64,000 bases of DNA from an uncultured Candidatus Sumerlaeota bacterium (lineage in GTDB: Bacteria > CAYMEV01), in the NCBI GenBank assembly GCA_964389675.1, contig CAYMEV010000001.1, positions 62,001 to 126,000 on the forward strand, given 5' to 3'. Each line of letters begins with the position of its first letter. The first letter of the stretch is position 1. This document shows, in pieces, positions 1 through 8,660 of this stretch. The translations under genes and the position numbers were made by a program. The notes below the pieces were generated by a model that was not told the origin of the DNA, did no database searches, and saw only the letters and a program-made list of their open reading frames with translations.

Positions 1-1789
1 TATTGTTAAGCTCTGCCATCACACGAATGGCATATTCTGCAGTTTTAGTGCTGACAGCCCTCTTTTTCATTCCTGCACAGATGATGCCTGATCCAAGAGG
101 TTTTGTGATTGCCAGCAGATCACCATCCCTTGCAGTATTATTTTTAATTATTCTATCAGAATCTATAATTCCGGTCACGGCCATGCCGTATTTCAACTCA
201 CTATCCTCTACAGAGTGTCCTCCTATAATATTAATCCCTGCTTCCGCTGCTTTATCATGAGCTCCTTTCAGTACCCTCTCAAGAACATGCAAAGGAAGCT
301 TTGAGACAGGATAGCACAGGATGCTAAGCCCAAACAGGGGGGCTGCACCCATGGCATAAATATCGCTGAGAGCATTGGAGCAGGCAATCTGCCCATATGA
401 GTATGGATCGTCAACAATAGGGGTGAAAAAATCAACAGACCCTACAATTGCCTTATTGTTTCCAATTTCAAATACCGCTGAATCATCACTGCTGTCATTT
501 GAGACAAGTATTTTTTCCCCGGGCTTCACTATAAAGCTTTTCATAATACCTGCTAAAATATCCTGGTCTATCTTGCAGCTGCATCCCAGATGATTGCTGA
601 AGGCTGTCAGCCTGATCTCCGCCGGTTCCGAATTATCGCTTACAGCTATTTGCGTGTCTTTCATCAAATGATCAGCAGCTCTTTCAAGAATCAAACAGGC
701 AGCATCCGCTTCGCTCTTTTTCATCATAAGGCCGACCGATATCCTTATGGCCCCCATTATATAATCTGCAGAGATCCCCATGGCTTTCAGCACATGTGAT
801 GCTTCCTTGATATCAGCATGGCACGCTGAACCTGTGCTTACAGCAATACCTTCTGCAAGGGCAGTCAGCCTGTTTGCTGAGATGCCCTTGAAGGCAATGC
901 TCAGGGTATTCGGCAGGGAATTTTCCAGGTCTGTTATGATCAGAAGGTCCCTGATATTTTTTGAAAGCCTTTCAGCGATGTAATTTCTTAATTCCAGGAG
1001 GTATGCCGAGTTTCTTTCAAGGTCCCTTTTCATGATCTCACATGCTTTCCCCAGGCCTGCTATCTCAAGAAGGTTTTCAGTCCCCGGCCTCAGGTCTCTT
1101 TCATGGTTTGCCCCATGAATGATCTTATTAAGAACTGTCCCATTTCTAATATACAAAGCGCCAATACCCTTGGGGGCATAAAGCTTATGCCCGGCGATAG
1201 ACAGCAGGTCTATCCGGCTCTTTTCCACATCAACCCTGATCTTTCCCACGGATTGGGCAGCATCGCTGTGAAAAGCAATCCCAAAATTTTTTGCAGTTTC
1301 CCCAATTTCATCAACCGGCTGAATTGACCCTACCTCATTATTTGAATGCATAACAGTTATAAGGATAGTCTCTTCTGTTATTGCGTTTTTAAGGTCCGTC
1401 ACCGATATCACCCCATACCTGTCGACCGGCAGAAGGCTATGGGTAAATCCTATGTGGCTGAGGTGCTCAAGCACTTCCAATACTGCAGGATGCTCCACTT
1501 CTGTTGATATTATGTGTTTTCCTTTCTCTCTGTTTGCCATCGCATACCCTGCAATAGCAATATTATTTGATTCTGTGCCTCCGCTCGTAAATATAATTTC
1601 ATGCGGCTTTGCATTAATAATGGCGGCAGCCATTGCCCTTGAACCCTCAATTGCCTTTTTTGCTGTTCTGCCATAAAAATGATCACTTGATGGATTTCCA
1701 AATATATCATAAAGATAGGGCTTCATAGCATCAGCAACTTCCGGCAGTATGGGTGTCGTTGCATTATAGTCCAGGTAAATAGGTTTCAT
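1..1789 (-). CDS. selD: NifS/selenocysteine lyase-like PLP enzyme fused in frame to selenophosphate synthetase SelD (3' end outside window)
   Basis: Translated by hand from ATG 1789 (RBS GGAG): MKPIYLDYNATTP...FTSGGTESNN...IAGHKLYAPKGIG...VSTGSACHAD...AIRISVG, linker, then RLTAFSNHLGCSCKI...DDSAV...VDFFTPIVDDPYSYGQIACSNALSDIYAMG...TKPLGSG. Both domains are in the same frame. It is absent from the ORF track, consistent with no stop before position 1. Confidence 0.93.
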   Translation of the reverse strand, partial: MKPIYLDYNATTPILPEVADAMKPYLYDIFGNPSSDHFYGRTAKKAIEGSRAMAAAIINAKPHEIIFTSGGTESNNIAIAGYAMANREKGKHIISTEVEHPAVLEVLEHLSHIGFTHSLLPVDRYGVISVTDLKNAITEETILITVMHSNNEVGSIQPVDEIGETAKNFGIAFHSDAAQSVGKIRVDVEKSRIDLLSIAGHKLYAPKGIGALYIRNGTVLNKIIHGANHERDLRPGTENLLEIAGLGKACEIMKRDLERNSAYLLELRNYIAERLSKNIRDLLIITDLENSLPNTLSIAFKGISANRLTALAEGIAVSTGSACHADIKEASHVLKAMGISADYIMGAIRISVGLMMKKSEADAACLILERAADHLMKDTQIAVSDNSEPAEIRLTAFSNHLGCSCKIDQDILAGIMKSFIVKPGEKILVSNDSSDDSAVFEIGNNKAIVGSVDFFTPIVDDPYSYGQIACSNALSDIYAMGAAPLFGLSILCYPVSKLPLHVLERVLKGAHDKAAEAGINIIGGHSVEDSELKYGMAVTGIIDSDRIIKNNTARDGDLLAITKPLGSGIICAGMKKRAVSTKTAEYAIRVMAELNN

Positions 1790-1915
1790 GACAGATCTCC
1801 TGTTCTTAGTCCGTTCTAAAAAATATAATATGAACCATAATATTAATAAATAAATTTATGGACAAAATGAACCAAAAGCGATTATTTATTGTTATAATTC
1901 TGATGATAAATATTT

Positions 1916-2416
1916 ATGAAAGCTATTAATTCAGAAACAATTTTAAAAATTTCGGTAATTATATTGCTGTGTATAGCATTTTCAATCTTTTTCAACCATT
2001 TAACCCAGAAAATGCCTCTCTTTGGATACACAGCACCCTATAAAAGGGCTGTAAAACAAGCAGGCCCGGATGAGGAAGATATCTACATAACATTTGACAG
2101 CTTGATCAGAATGATCGATGATGAAGAGATTATAATAGTGGATGTCAGAGAAAATAAGAGCTACAATGAAGGGCATATACCCCGGGCAGTATCCCTTCCC
2201 CTTTATGAATTTGATGACTATATCGGTCAATTTCTTGCAGAATACCCTCCATTCTATACGCTGGTCCTCTATTGCTCGGATATTTACTGCGATATGGCAG
2301 ATGAGATGTATTACAGGCTGTCCAATATTGCAGATTATGAGAAAATCTATATTTATAAAGGAGGGTTTTATGAATGGATGGACAGGCAGAAACACACGGG
2401 GAATCAGGATGGATAA
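1916..2416 (+). CDS. Membrane-anchored rhodanese-like domain protein
   Basis: N-terminal hydrophobic helix; IVDVRE, YNEGHIPRA, LYCSDIYC, YKGGFYEW rhodanese motifs. Confidence 0.85.
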   Translation: MKAINSETILKISVIILLCIAFSIFFNHLTQKMPLFGYTAPYKRAVKQAGPDEEDIYITFDSLIRMIDDEEIIIVDVRENKSYNEGHIPRAVSLPLYEFDDYIGQFLAEYPPFYTLVLYCSDIYCDMADEMYYRLSNIADYEKIYIYKGGFYEWMDRQKHTGNQDG

Positions 2417-2882
2417 AAGAAATAGATGCACTATAGTCCTCTTTCTTCTGATAAGGCTGTTTATAGGCAGTTTTTTCCTTTATACAGGTTCTTCCAAGAT
2501 TTTTTTCATATCCGGCTTTGCTGATGAGATCTATAATTACAGACTATTTCCAGAATTCATTATAGGTTTTGCAGCCGTTTTCATGCCCTTTCTTGAAATT
2601 ATTGCAGGCCTGTTCCTGATCTTAGGTTTATGGCTGAAAGAGTCAATGCTGATTATCATGCTCAGCCTTGCCAGCTTCATTTTGCTTATATCATCAGCTC
2701 TGATCAGGGGGCTTGACATATCATGCGGCTGCATGGGCTATGGAAAAGGCAACCTAGAGACAACCCTTATTCTGGATATTATTATGCTTTTTCTTCTTTT
2801 AACCGCTTTTTTTTCTGAAAGGCATCTTTTTACTGTGGACAGCCTGTTTCAGGCCAAAACCGGCAAAATTAAAAATTCATAA
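2409..2882 (+). CDS. MauE/DoxX family membrane protein
   Basis: Likely start ATG 2409 overlapping the rhodanese stop (ORF-track start 2142 is too far upstream); about 4 TM helices, LEIIAGLFLILG, RGLDISCGCMG. Confidence 0.85.
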   Translation: MDKRNRCTIVLFLLIRLFIGSFFLYTGSSKIFFISGFADEIYNYRLFPEFIIGFAAVFMPFLEIIAGLFLILGLWLKESMLIIMLSLASFILLISSALIRGLDISCGCMGYGKGNLETTLILDIIMLFLLLTAFFSERHLFTVDSLFQAKTGKIKNS

Positions 2883-3387
2883 GTATTGTCGTAACGACCC
2901 TGTCTGCTATCTCTTCTGATATCTCCTCCAATGCCTGGTTTTCGTATTCAGCAGAGTTGAAGATGGTCTGGGAGACATCCAGGTCCTTATAAAAGTAAAG
3001 ATTATCATCCCTCCAGATATCCTCATTTGTGCCAATTCGGGTAAGCTGCATCTGAAGTGAAATATTAACCTGGTATTTTGTTACATAGCCTCCCTGGTCT
3101 ATCTCAATAGGCTTTAGCACATAGTTTTTGATCCTTCCTTTGAGAACAGCATCTGCCTTGCCTTTAGTAAGGACCTTAAGATCCGATGCAGCAGACAGCC
3201 TGTCAATCAGAGCATTGGTTATCCCGCTTTCAATCCCGTATTTGTATGACAGATTCTCAATAATATCGACCCTTACGGACTTAATATCCGGAGGAAGGTA
3301 ATTGCCTTTACCCATAAGGTTATACCCGCATGAGACAAAACAGATCAAAGCAATTGAAAGTAAGCAGAACCGTAATTTAAATTTCAT
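2869..3387 (-). CDS. lptE: LPS assembly lipoprotein LptE-like
   Basis: Signal peptide with lipobox VSC followed by GYNLMG; ADAVLKGRI; terminal helix EEISEEIADRVV; 172 aa. Confidence 0.75.
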   Translation of the reverse strand: MKFKLRFCLLSIALICFVSCGYNLMGKGNYLPPDIKSVRVDIIENLSYKYGIESGITNALIDRLSAASDLKVLTKGKADAVLKGRIKNYVLKPIEIDQGGYVTKYQVNISLQMQLTRIGTNEDIWRDDNLYFYKDLDVSQTIFNSAEYENQALEEISEEIADRVVTTILMNF

Positions 3388-3743
3388 AAGTAATTCCTTA
3401 ATGCCTGTCTTAATTTTTCGCGATCCACAGGTTTCTGCAATACCTCAGAAACTCCCATGGAATATATTTTATTTATATCCTCAGCCCCTGCAGCAGTTGA
3501 TGATATTACTATGATGGGCAAATCTGTAAGCTTTTTCATATTCCTGATATAATGAATCAATTTCAGGCCATCCATTTGAGGCATAATTATATCACATATG
3601 ATCAGTGAAACATCTGACAGGTCCTTTAACATGACCTCCATACCATTGTTGGCTTCAATAACCTCATCATTTGTGAGTTCTTTTATAACGCTCACAATAA
3701 TCTTTCTGTGAGCATAGCTGTCATCTGCTACTATAATTGACAT
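3384..3743 (-). CDS. cheY: CheY-like single-domain response regulator
   Basis: VADDS, ICDIIMPQMDG, ISST, LQKP receiver motifs. Confidence 0.85.
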   Translation of the reverse strand: MSIIVADDSYAHRKIIVSVIKELTNDEVIEANNGMEVMLKDLSDVSLIICDIIMPQMDGLKLIHYIRNMKKLTDLPIIVISSTAAGAEDINKIYSMGVSEVLQKPVDREKLRQALRNYL

Positions 3744-3746
3744 AAC

Positions 3747-4607
3747 TTAAAGCTTCTTCTTTTGATATACCATATCATACTGAAAGTGCCTCAGTTCAAA
3801 TTTTGTACTGATATTAGCCAGGGATTCTGAATGCCCGAGAAGCAAAAAACCGTCAGGTTTAAGGCAGTCGTAGAGCGATTCTATAACCTTCTTTTTTGCC
3901 TCAAGATCAAAATATATTATAACATTCCTGCAGAATATTACATCCATATTCCTTATAAGATTAAGGCGGTTCTTGTCAAGTAGATTTAACCTGGCAAAAT
4001 CGACATATTTCTTCACTGAATCCTTAATTCTACGGCCAAATTCATCTTTTGTGAAATACTTTTCCATAAAATAGGGATCACATGACCTGAACGAGCTTTT
4101 TGAATATATTCCTTTTCTGCCGATGGAAAGCACCCTTGGGCTGATATCTGTTGCAAGAATATCAATATCCCAGCCTAAGAACTGATTGGTCTCAAGTATC
4201 AGCATTGCAATAGTGTATGCTTCCTCACCGGTCGAGCACCCGGCACTCCATATATTAAGGTCAGGCGATATCACGCCCATTCTGTTTTTTCTAATAATAG
4301 GAAGTATCTCCTCTGAAAATGCCTTCAGCTGGTTCTTCTCCCTGAAAAAGTATGTCTCATTTGTTGTCAGCAGATCTGTAATATTTAAAAATTCATCATC
4401 CCTGTTTTTATCATATAGAAGGTAATAATAGTACTTGTTAAAAGACGTTATATCCAGGGTTTTCAACCTTTCAACAAGCTTGTTCTTAAAAAAATTCATC
4501 TGCGAATCATCAAACCAGAGGCCGCACTGTCTATAGATAAAATCCCTTAAAAGCCTGAATTGTATGGGATTCATCCTGTAAAGAAACTGATCAGCATCCT
4601 GGATCAT
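3747..4607 (-). CDS. cheR: Chemotaxis methyltransferase CheR
   Basis: TTNETYFFRE, IWSAGCSTGEEAYTIAM, DVIFCRNVIIYFD, LLGHSESL. Confidence 0.97.
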   Translation of the reverse strand: MIQDADQFLYRMNPIQFRLLRDFIYRQCGLWFDDSQMNFFKNKLVERLKTLDITSFNKYYYYLLYDKNRDDEFLNITDLLTTNETYFFREKNQLKAFSEEILPIIRKNRMGVISPDLNIWSAGCSTGEEAYTIAMLILETNQFLGWDIDILATDISPRVLSIGRKGIYSKSSFRSCDPYFMEKYFTKDEFGRRIKDSVKKYVDFARLNLLDKNRLNLIRNMDVIFCRNVIIYFDLEAKKKVIESLYDCLKPDGFLLLGHSESLANISTKFELRHFQYDMVYQKKKL

Positions 4608-6820
4608 ATTCTTTCTAAGCTCTTTGTAATATCCTTGGATTTAATATTCTGAATTATTGCACTGTATTTTGAATTATCCGTGTATTTCAGGTTTCTAAGC
4701 CCTTCAATTATATCATTGTAATAATTGGTATCCATGACCAGATGAATAATGCTCTGTATCACATCCTCATCCCTGGAATTAATTATGTACATTATAGCCA
4801 GTTTTCGAATCTGTACGTCTTCAGTCCTGTCATTCGCAATATTTGATATTATCATCAGGGATTCAAGGGTATTGATATTATATAAGATCTCTATTATAGA
4901 TGCTTTAAGGTCCCATGGTGCATCACTGAGAGTCTGTTTGATAAGGACGAGGGATTCTTCTCCCTTAAGCCTGTAATAAGCTGAAAGGGCTGCTTTTTTT
5001 ACCTCAGCATCTTCATGTTCGATAAGCTCCAGAACTGTTTTCAGAAAAATCTGACATTCCTTTTGCGTAAGGTCTTCAAGAAGTGTTATGATTACAAAGG
5101 GATTTTCTGAATTAATTTTACCCTTCAGCTCCTTATGGATTTCATCTGTTCCAATAAGAAACAGGCTTCTGAAGATTTGAGCCCTTACTATAGGGTCCTC
5201 CTCATTCAATGATGACCTTAATATTCTCAGGCTCTCTTCCTTCTTCCCGTAAAGAAGGCCCTTTGAGGCTATGATCCTGATCTGCCTGTCTTCATCTGTG
5301 ATCCCAAGCTCAAAAAACCTGTTGAAATCCATTTTCTGATTCTCAGATATATGCAGAAGAGCCTTAATAGCTTCCCGGCGGACCTCCATTACATCATCCT
5401 TCATAAGCAGCTTCAGTATCTCTATGTTTTTTTCCTGCGGAAAATGCTTCAGTATCTTTGCTGCATTAGCCCTGAAAACAGGGTCCGGACTGCTGCTTAT
5501 CTGCTTTATCAGCATAAAAGCAAATTCTTTTATATCATCTTTCTTATTAATAACTTCAATCAATGTTTCTATGGCAAATTCCTGGACATCTGAATAACGA
5601 TCATTCAAGAGGGGGACTATTTTTATTATGTCATTTTTATTATCAATCAGGTGCTTCAGTACAGAGACGGAAGTACCCCTGATATATCCATAGGGATGGG
5701 TTAAAAGCTCAATTATATGATTCTTAAGGGTTTTTGAATTACTGAAATATGGAGCAAAATCCAGTATGTTCCTTTTTATATGGTAATCCTGTATGGAAAG
5801 AAGGTCAAGGTAATCTATTTCAGTAAGCATTGATACCTTATAGCTGATCACCTCTATGACTGTCTCATGCAGTTCCATATCCTCAACAAACCCAAGAATG
5901 AACTTAAGATCTTCATAATTGGCAAAGTAGCCCAGGAGCAGTACTGCATCTCTTCTCTCACTTATGTTTTCCGAAGAATTTATGAATTCACGGAAAATCA
6001 TGGATGTTTTGCCGTTACATCCGGATATCTTCTCTATAAAATCATCAAGCTTTCCCTGCTTCTCCAGCCTGGCCTTAATCCCTATCAGGGCCTGGATACA
6101 GCTTCTTATATGCCTTTCTTCTCCCTTCTTTAAAACGCTGATTATCCTGGGTATATGGTTGGAATCACCCAGTTTGGAATAAAGGTGCATGATTGATTTT
6201 ACCAGAATGGGGATCTCAAGGAATTCATCTATCTTTTCAAAAATATTATGATCCTTCAGGTTTCCAATTGCTTCAATAATTCCAAACCTGAGCCAGTCAT
6301 TTTCTGTTGATTTTAACAGCTTTATAAAAGGGTCAATTACACCTCTGTCCCCTATAACTCCAAGAGCTTCAACAGCTGAAAGCTGAATGTTTGGATTAGG
6401 GTCATCAAGCATAGCTATAAGAAAACTGACACTGCTGCGGCTTTTAATATGACCAAGAATATCAACAACAAATTTGCGTACATCTTCATCATTATTTTTC
6501 AGTTCTTTATGCAGGTATGGAAGGACATCTTCTCCCAGAAAAGCCAGAGCCTCCTGCGCAGAGTTCCTTTTGCCTGCATTTGTATCGTTTCCCAATGCGG
6601 AAATAAGCTCTTTAATATCCTTTTGACAGGGATTGTATGTTATAAGTTCGACAGCCTTTTTTCTGACCCTCCAGTCACTATCTCCCAAAGCAAGAAAATA
6701 CAGCTTCCTTATATCCCCTTCAGAAATAACAGCTGATTTTTTTACTGTATCAAGCGTTTTAAGCTTACTTTCTGAATCATAGTCTTCAAACATGTTCAGA
6801 ATAGAAATAAAGTCAGACAT
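4604..6820 (-). CDS. HEAT/PBS-lyase repeat protein
   Basis: Repeated helical units LGDSDWRVRKKAVE, NEDVRKFVVDILG, DPNPNIQLSAVEALG; 738 aa. Confidence 0.9.
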   Translation of the reverse strand: MSDFISILNMFEDYDSESKLKTLDTVKKSAVISEGDIRKLYFLALGDSDWRVRKKAVELITYNPCQKDIKELISALGNDTNAGKRNSAQEALAFLGEDVLPYLHKELKNNDEDVRKFVVDILGHIKSRSSVSFLIAMLDDPNPNIQLSAVEALGVIGDRGVIDPFIKLLKSTENDWLRFGIIEAIGNLKDHNIFEKIDEFLEIPILVKSIMHLYSKLGDSNHIPRIISVLKKGEERHIRSCIQALIGIKARLEKQGKLDDFIEKISGCNGKTSMIFREFINSSENISERRDAVLLLGYFANYEDLKFILGFVEDMELHETVIEVISYKVSMLTEIDYLDLLSIQDYHIKRNILDFAPYFSNSKTLKNHIIELLTHPYGYIRGTSVSVLKHLIDNKNDIIKIVPLLNDRYSDVQEFAIETLIEVINKKDDIKEFAFMLIKQISSSPDPVFRANAAKILKHFPQEKNIEILKLLMKDDVMEVRREAIKALLHISENQKMDFNRFFELGITDEDRQIRIIASKGLLYGKKEESLRILRSSLNEEDPIVRAQIFRSLFLIGTDEIHKELKGKINSENPFVIITLLEDLTQKECQIFLKTVLELIEHEDAEVKKAALSAYYRLKGEESLVLIKQTLSDAPWDLKASIIEILYNINTLESLMIISNIANDRTEDVQIRKLAIMYIINSRDEDVIQSIIHLVMDTNYYNDIIEGLRNLKYTDNSKYSAIIQNIKSKDITKSLERI

Positions 6821-6837
6821 ATAAGGCCTCCATATAA

Positions 6838-7842
6838 TTATAGCTTCATATCCGAGAAGTAATCATTTAACCCATCAAAAATATCCCGTTTTATCAGGTT
6901 TGTTATATCAAGTATTGAAAAAACCATATTCTTATATCTTACAATCCCTGTAATAAATTCTGAGTCAATTGAACCCACTATTGTTGTTGATTTCTCAATA
7001 TCCGATGCCTTGATCTCCTTGACCCCAACAACAAAATCTATCAAAACTCCTACATTCTGCTCATTGAGTATAATTATGGTGGGCTTTTTCTGCCCCTTGT
7101 AATCCTTGATAAGCAGCTTTTTCTTTAAATCAAGTATGGGAATTATCTCGCCCCTGAGGGAAATAATACCCAGTACGAAAGGAGGGGTGTTCGGAACTCT
7201 GGTGATTTCATCAATGGGATCTATCTTTTTTATCTTCATAATATCTATGCTGTAAAGCTCTTTCCCCATCCTAAAAATAAGGAATTTGATGGTTTCTTGA
7301 GGCTTCAAGGTTTTTGTGCCTTTCTGATCCTCAATCCCGGTCTCTTCTAAATCCATGGCTTTTTCCGGAAGATCAGCAGGTTTTGCTCCTGCTTTTTTAC
7401 TGCCTGGTGTATATTCATCTGTTAAAGAAGGCTTCTCTGACGCTATCTTTTTCGGCTTTTTTCCGTATCCAGCTGCAGAAGGAGCTCCATTATCCTTTGA
7501 GTCTTTCAATGAGGTATCAGTTTCTGCTTTTGCTTTATCTTCTTCCTCCAGTTCCTTCAGGATCTGCCTCCTGAACTGCTCTTCTTCTTCAACATTCCTT
7601 ATATACTGCTTTTTTTCAGGAACAGGTTTTTCTTTTATTTCTTTTACTGTTTTAGGCTTTGGTTCAGGTTTTTTTGCAGGGGTTTTCTTTTTGGCATCCT
7701 TTCTGGAATCAGCATCTTTTCCGGGTGATTCATCCTTTTTATCACCCTTTGGGCTTTTTAACTCAAGAGCATCATCTGCTGGCTTTTTATGCCTGTCTTT
7801 CTTCATTTCCTTTGCTTTTTTTCTGGCCTTTAGTATATCCAT
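6838..7842 (-). CDS. cheW: CheW with long low-complexity K/E/P-rich N-terminal extension
   Basis: C-terminal ITRVPNTPPFVLGIISLRGEIIPILDL; about 180 aa charged, probably disordered N-terminus. Confidence 0.92.
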   Translation of the reverse strand: MDILKARKKAKEMKKDRHKKPADDALELKSPKGDKKDESPGKDADSRKDAKKKTPAKKPEPKPKTVKEIKEKPVPEKKQYIRNVEEEEQFRRQILKELEEEDKAKAETDTSLKDSKDNGAPSAAGYGKKPKKIASEKPSLTDEYTPGSKKAGAKPADLPEKAMDLEETGIEDQKGTKTLKPQETIKFLIFRMGKELYSIDIMKIKKIDPIDEITRVPNTPPFVLGIISLRGEIIPILDLKKKLLIKDYKGQKKPTIIILNEQNVGVLIDFVVGVKEIKASDIEKSTTIVGSIDSEFITGIVRYKNMVFSILDITNLIKRDIFDGLNDYFSDMKL

Positions 7843-7853
7843 TTATTCACCTG

Positions 7854-8660
7854 CTACAGATTGAGTTCTCTGGCGACATCCTTTACAATGTCCGTCGTTA
7901 TGACCTTCTTATCCAGACTGAAGGCATTTAAAAGAGCAAGGGACATAATATTGTTGATTATCCTTGGAATGCCCTTTGAATATCGGAACAGGCTTTCGAA
8001 GATGGATGGGTCAACCATGCCATTATGCCCTCCGGCTATGGAAAGCCTGTAACTTACATATTCCTTTATTTCAGCCTTATTCAGGGGCCTTAGGCAGTAT
8101 CTTACGCCGATTCGCTGTTTGAACGCTTCCATATCGGCGGAATCTATTTTGGCTTCCAGCTCCTTCTGCCCCAGTATTATCAGGGTAAAAAGGTTCTCAT
8201 CATCAAGCTGGAAATTAGTGAGCAGCCTTAGCTCTTCATAGGTGTCCTTTTTCTTGATAAGCTGGCTTTCATCCAGTATTATGACACATGAGATATCGTT
8301 TTCATAAAAGCTGAAAAAGGCATCCTGTATCTGTTCAAGCAATGCAGATTTACCCCTCTTCTTCTTTTCAATGCCGAGACTCGATGCAATAAGCTTCAAA
8401 AGCTGTGTTACAGGCAGGTTGGGATTGAGTATAAGCGCAAACCTGTAGGATTCCTGGGGTTCAAGCCTGTCAATAAGGTACCTGCTCAGTGTCGTCTTGC
8501 CTACACCGACTCCTCCTGTTAAGAGCATTATCTCCTTTTCTTCAATGGCATACATCATCCTCTCATATGCCTCACGGTGGGAATTTGATAGATAAAGAAA
8601 ATCCGGATCCGGAGTCTTTTTGAATGGATTCTTTTTCAGCCTGAAATATTTCTCAAACAT
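7854..8660 (-). CDS. ExeA/GspA-family AAA ATPase
   Basis: MFEKYFRLKKNPF..TPDP; Walker A GGVGVGKT; Walker B IILDESQ; ILGQ; SKGIPRIINN. Start 8660 overlaps the cheA stop. Confidence 0.92.
   Translation of the reverse strand: MFEKYFRLKKNPFKKTPDPDFLYLSNSHREAYERMMYAIEEKEIMLLTGGVGVGKTTLSRYLIDRLEPQESYRFALILNPNLPVTQLLKLIASSLGIEKKKRGKSALLEQIQDAFFSFYENDISCVIILDESQLIKKKDTYEELRLLTNFQLDDENLFTLIILGQKELEAKIDSADMEAFKQRIGVRYCLRPLNKAEIKEYVSYRLSIAGGHNGMVDPSIFESLFRYSKGIPRIINNIMSLALLNAFSLDKKVITTDIVKDVARELNL

Noticed and set aside
560-600. Selenocysteine (UGA) in the SelD active site
   Set aside because: Both codons of the CSC motif are TGC; no in-frame TGA in this segment.
3-1710. Short ORFs listed in the track across 3-1710
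   Set aside because: Shadow or alternate-frame ORFs of the nifS-selD fusion.
2142-2408. Long N-terminal extension of the MauE/DoxX ORF
   Set aside because: Overlaps the rhodanese gene in another frame; family-like sequence begins at ATG 2409.
7314-7931. Plus-strand ORFs (e.g. 7355-7864, F/S-rich)
   Set aside because: Antisense shadows of the low-complexity K/E-rich cheW N-terminus.
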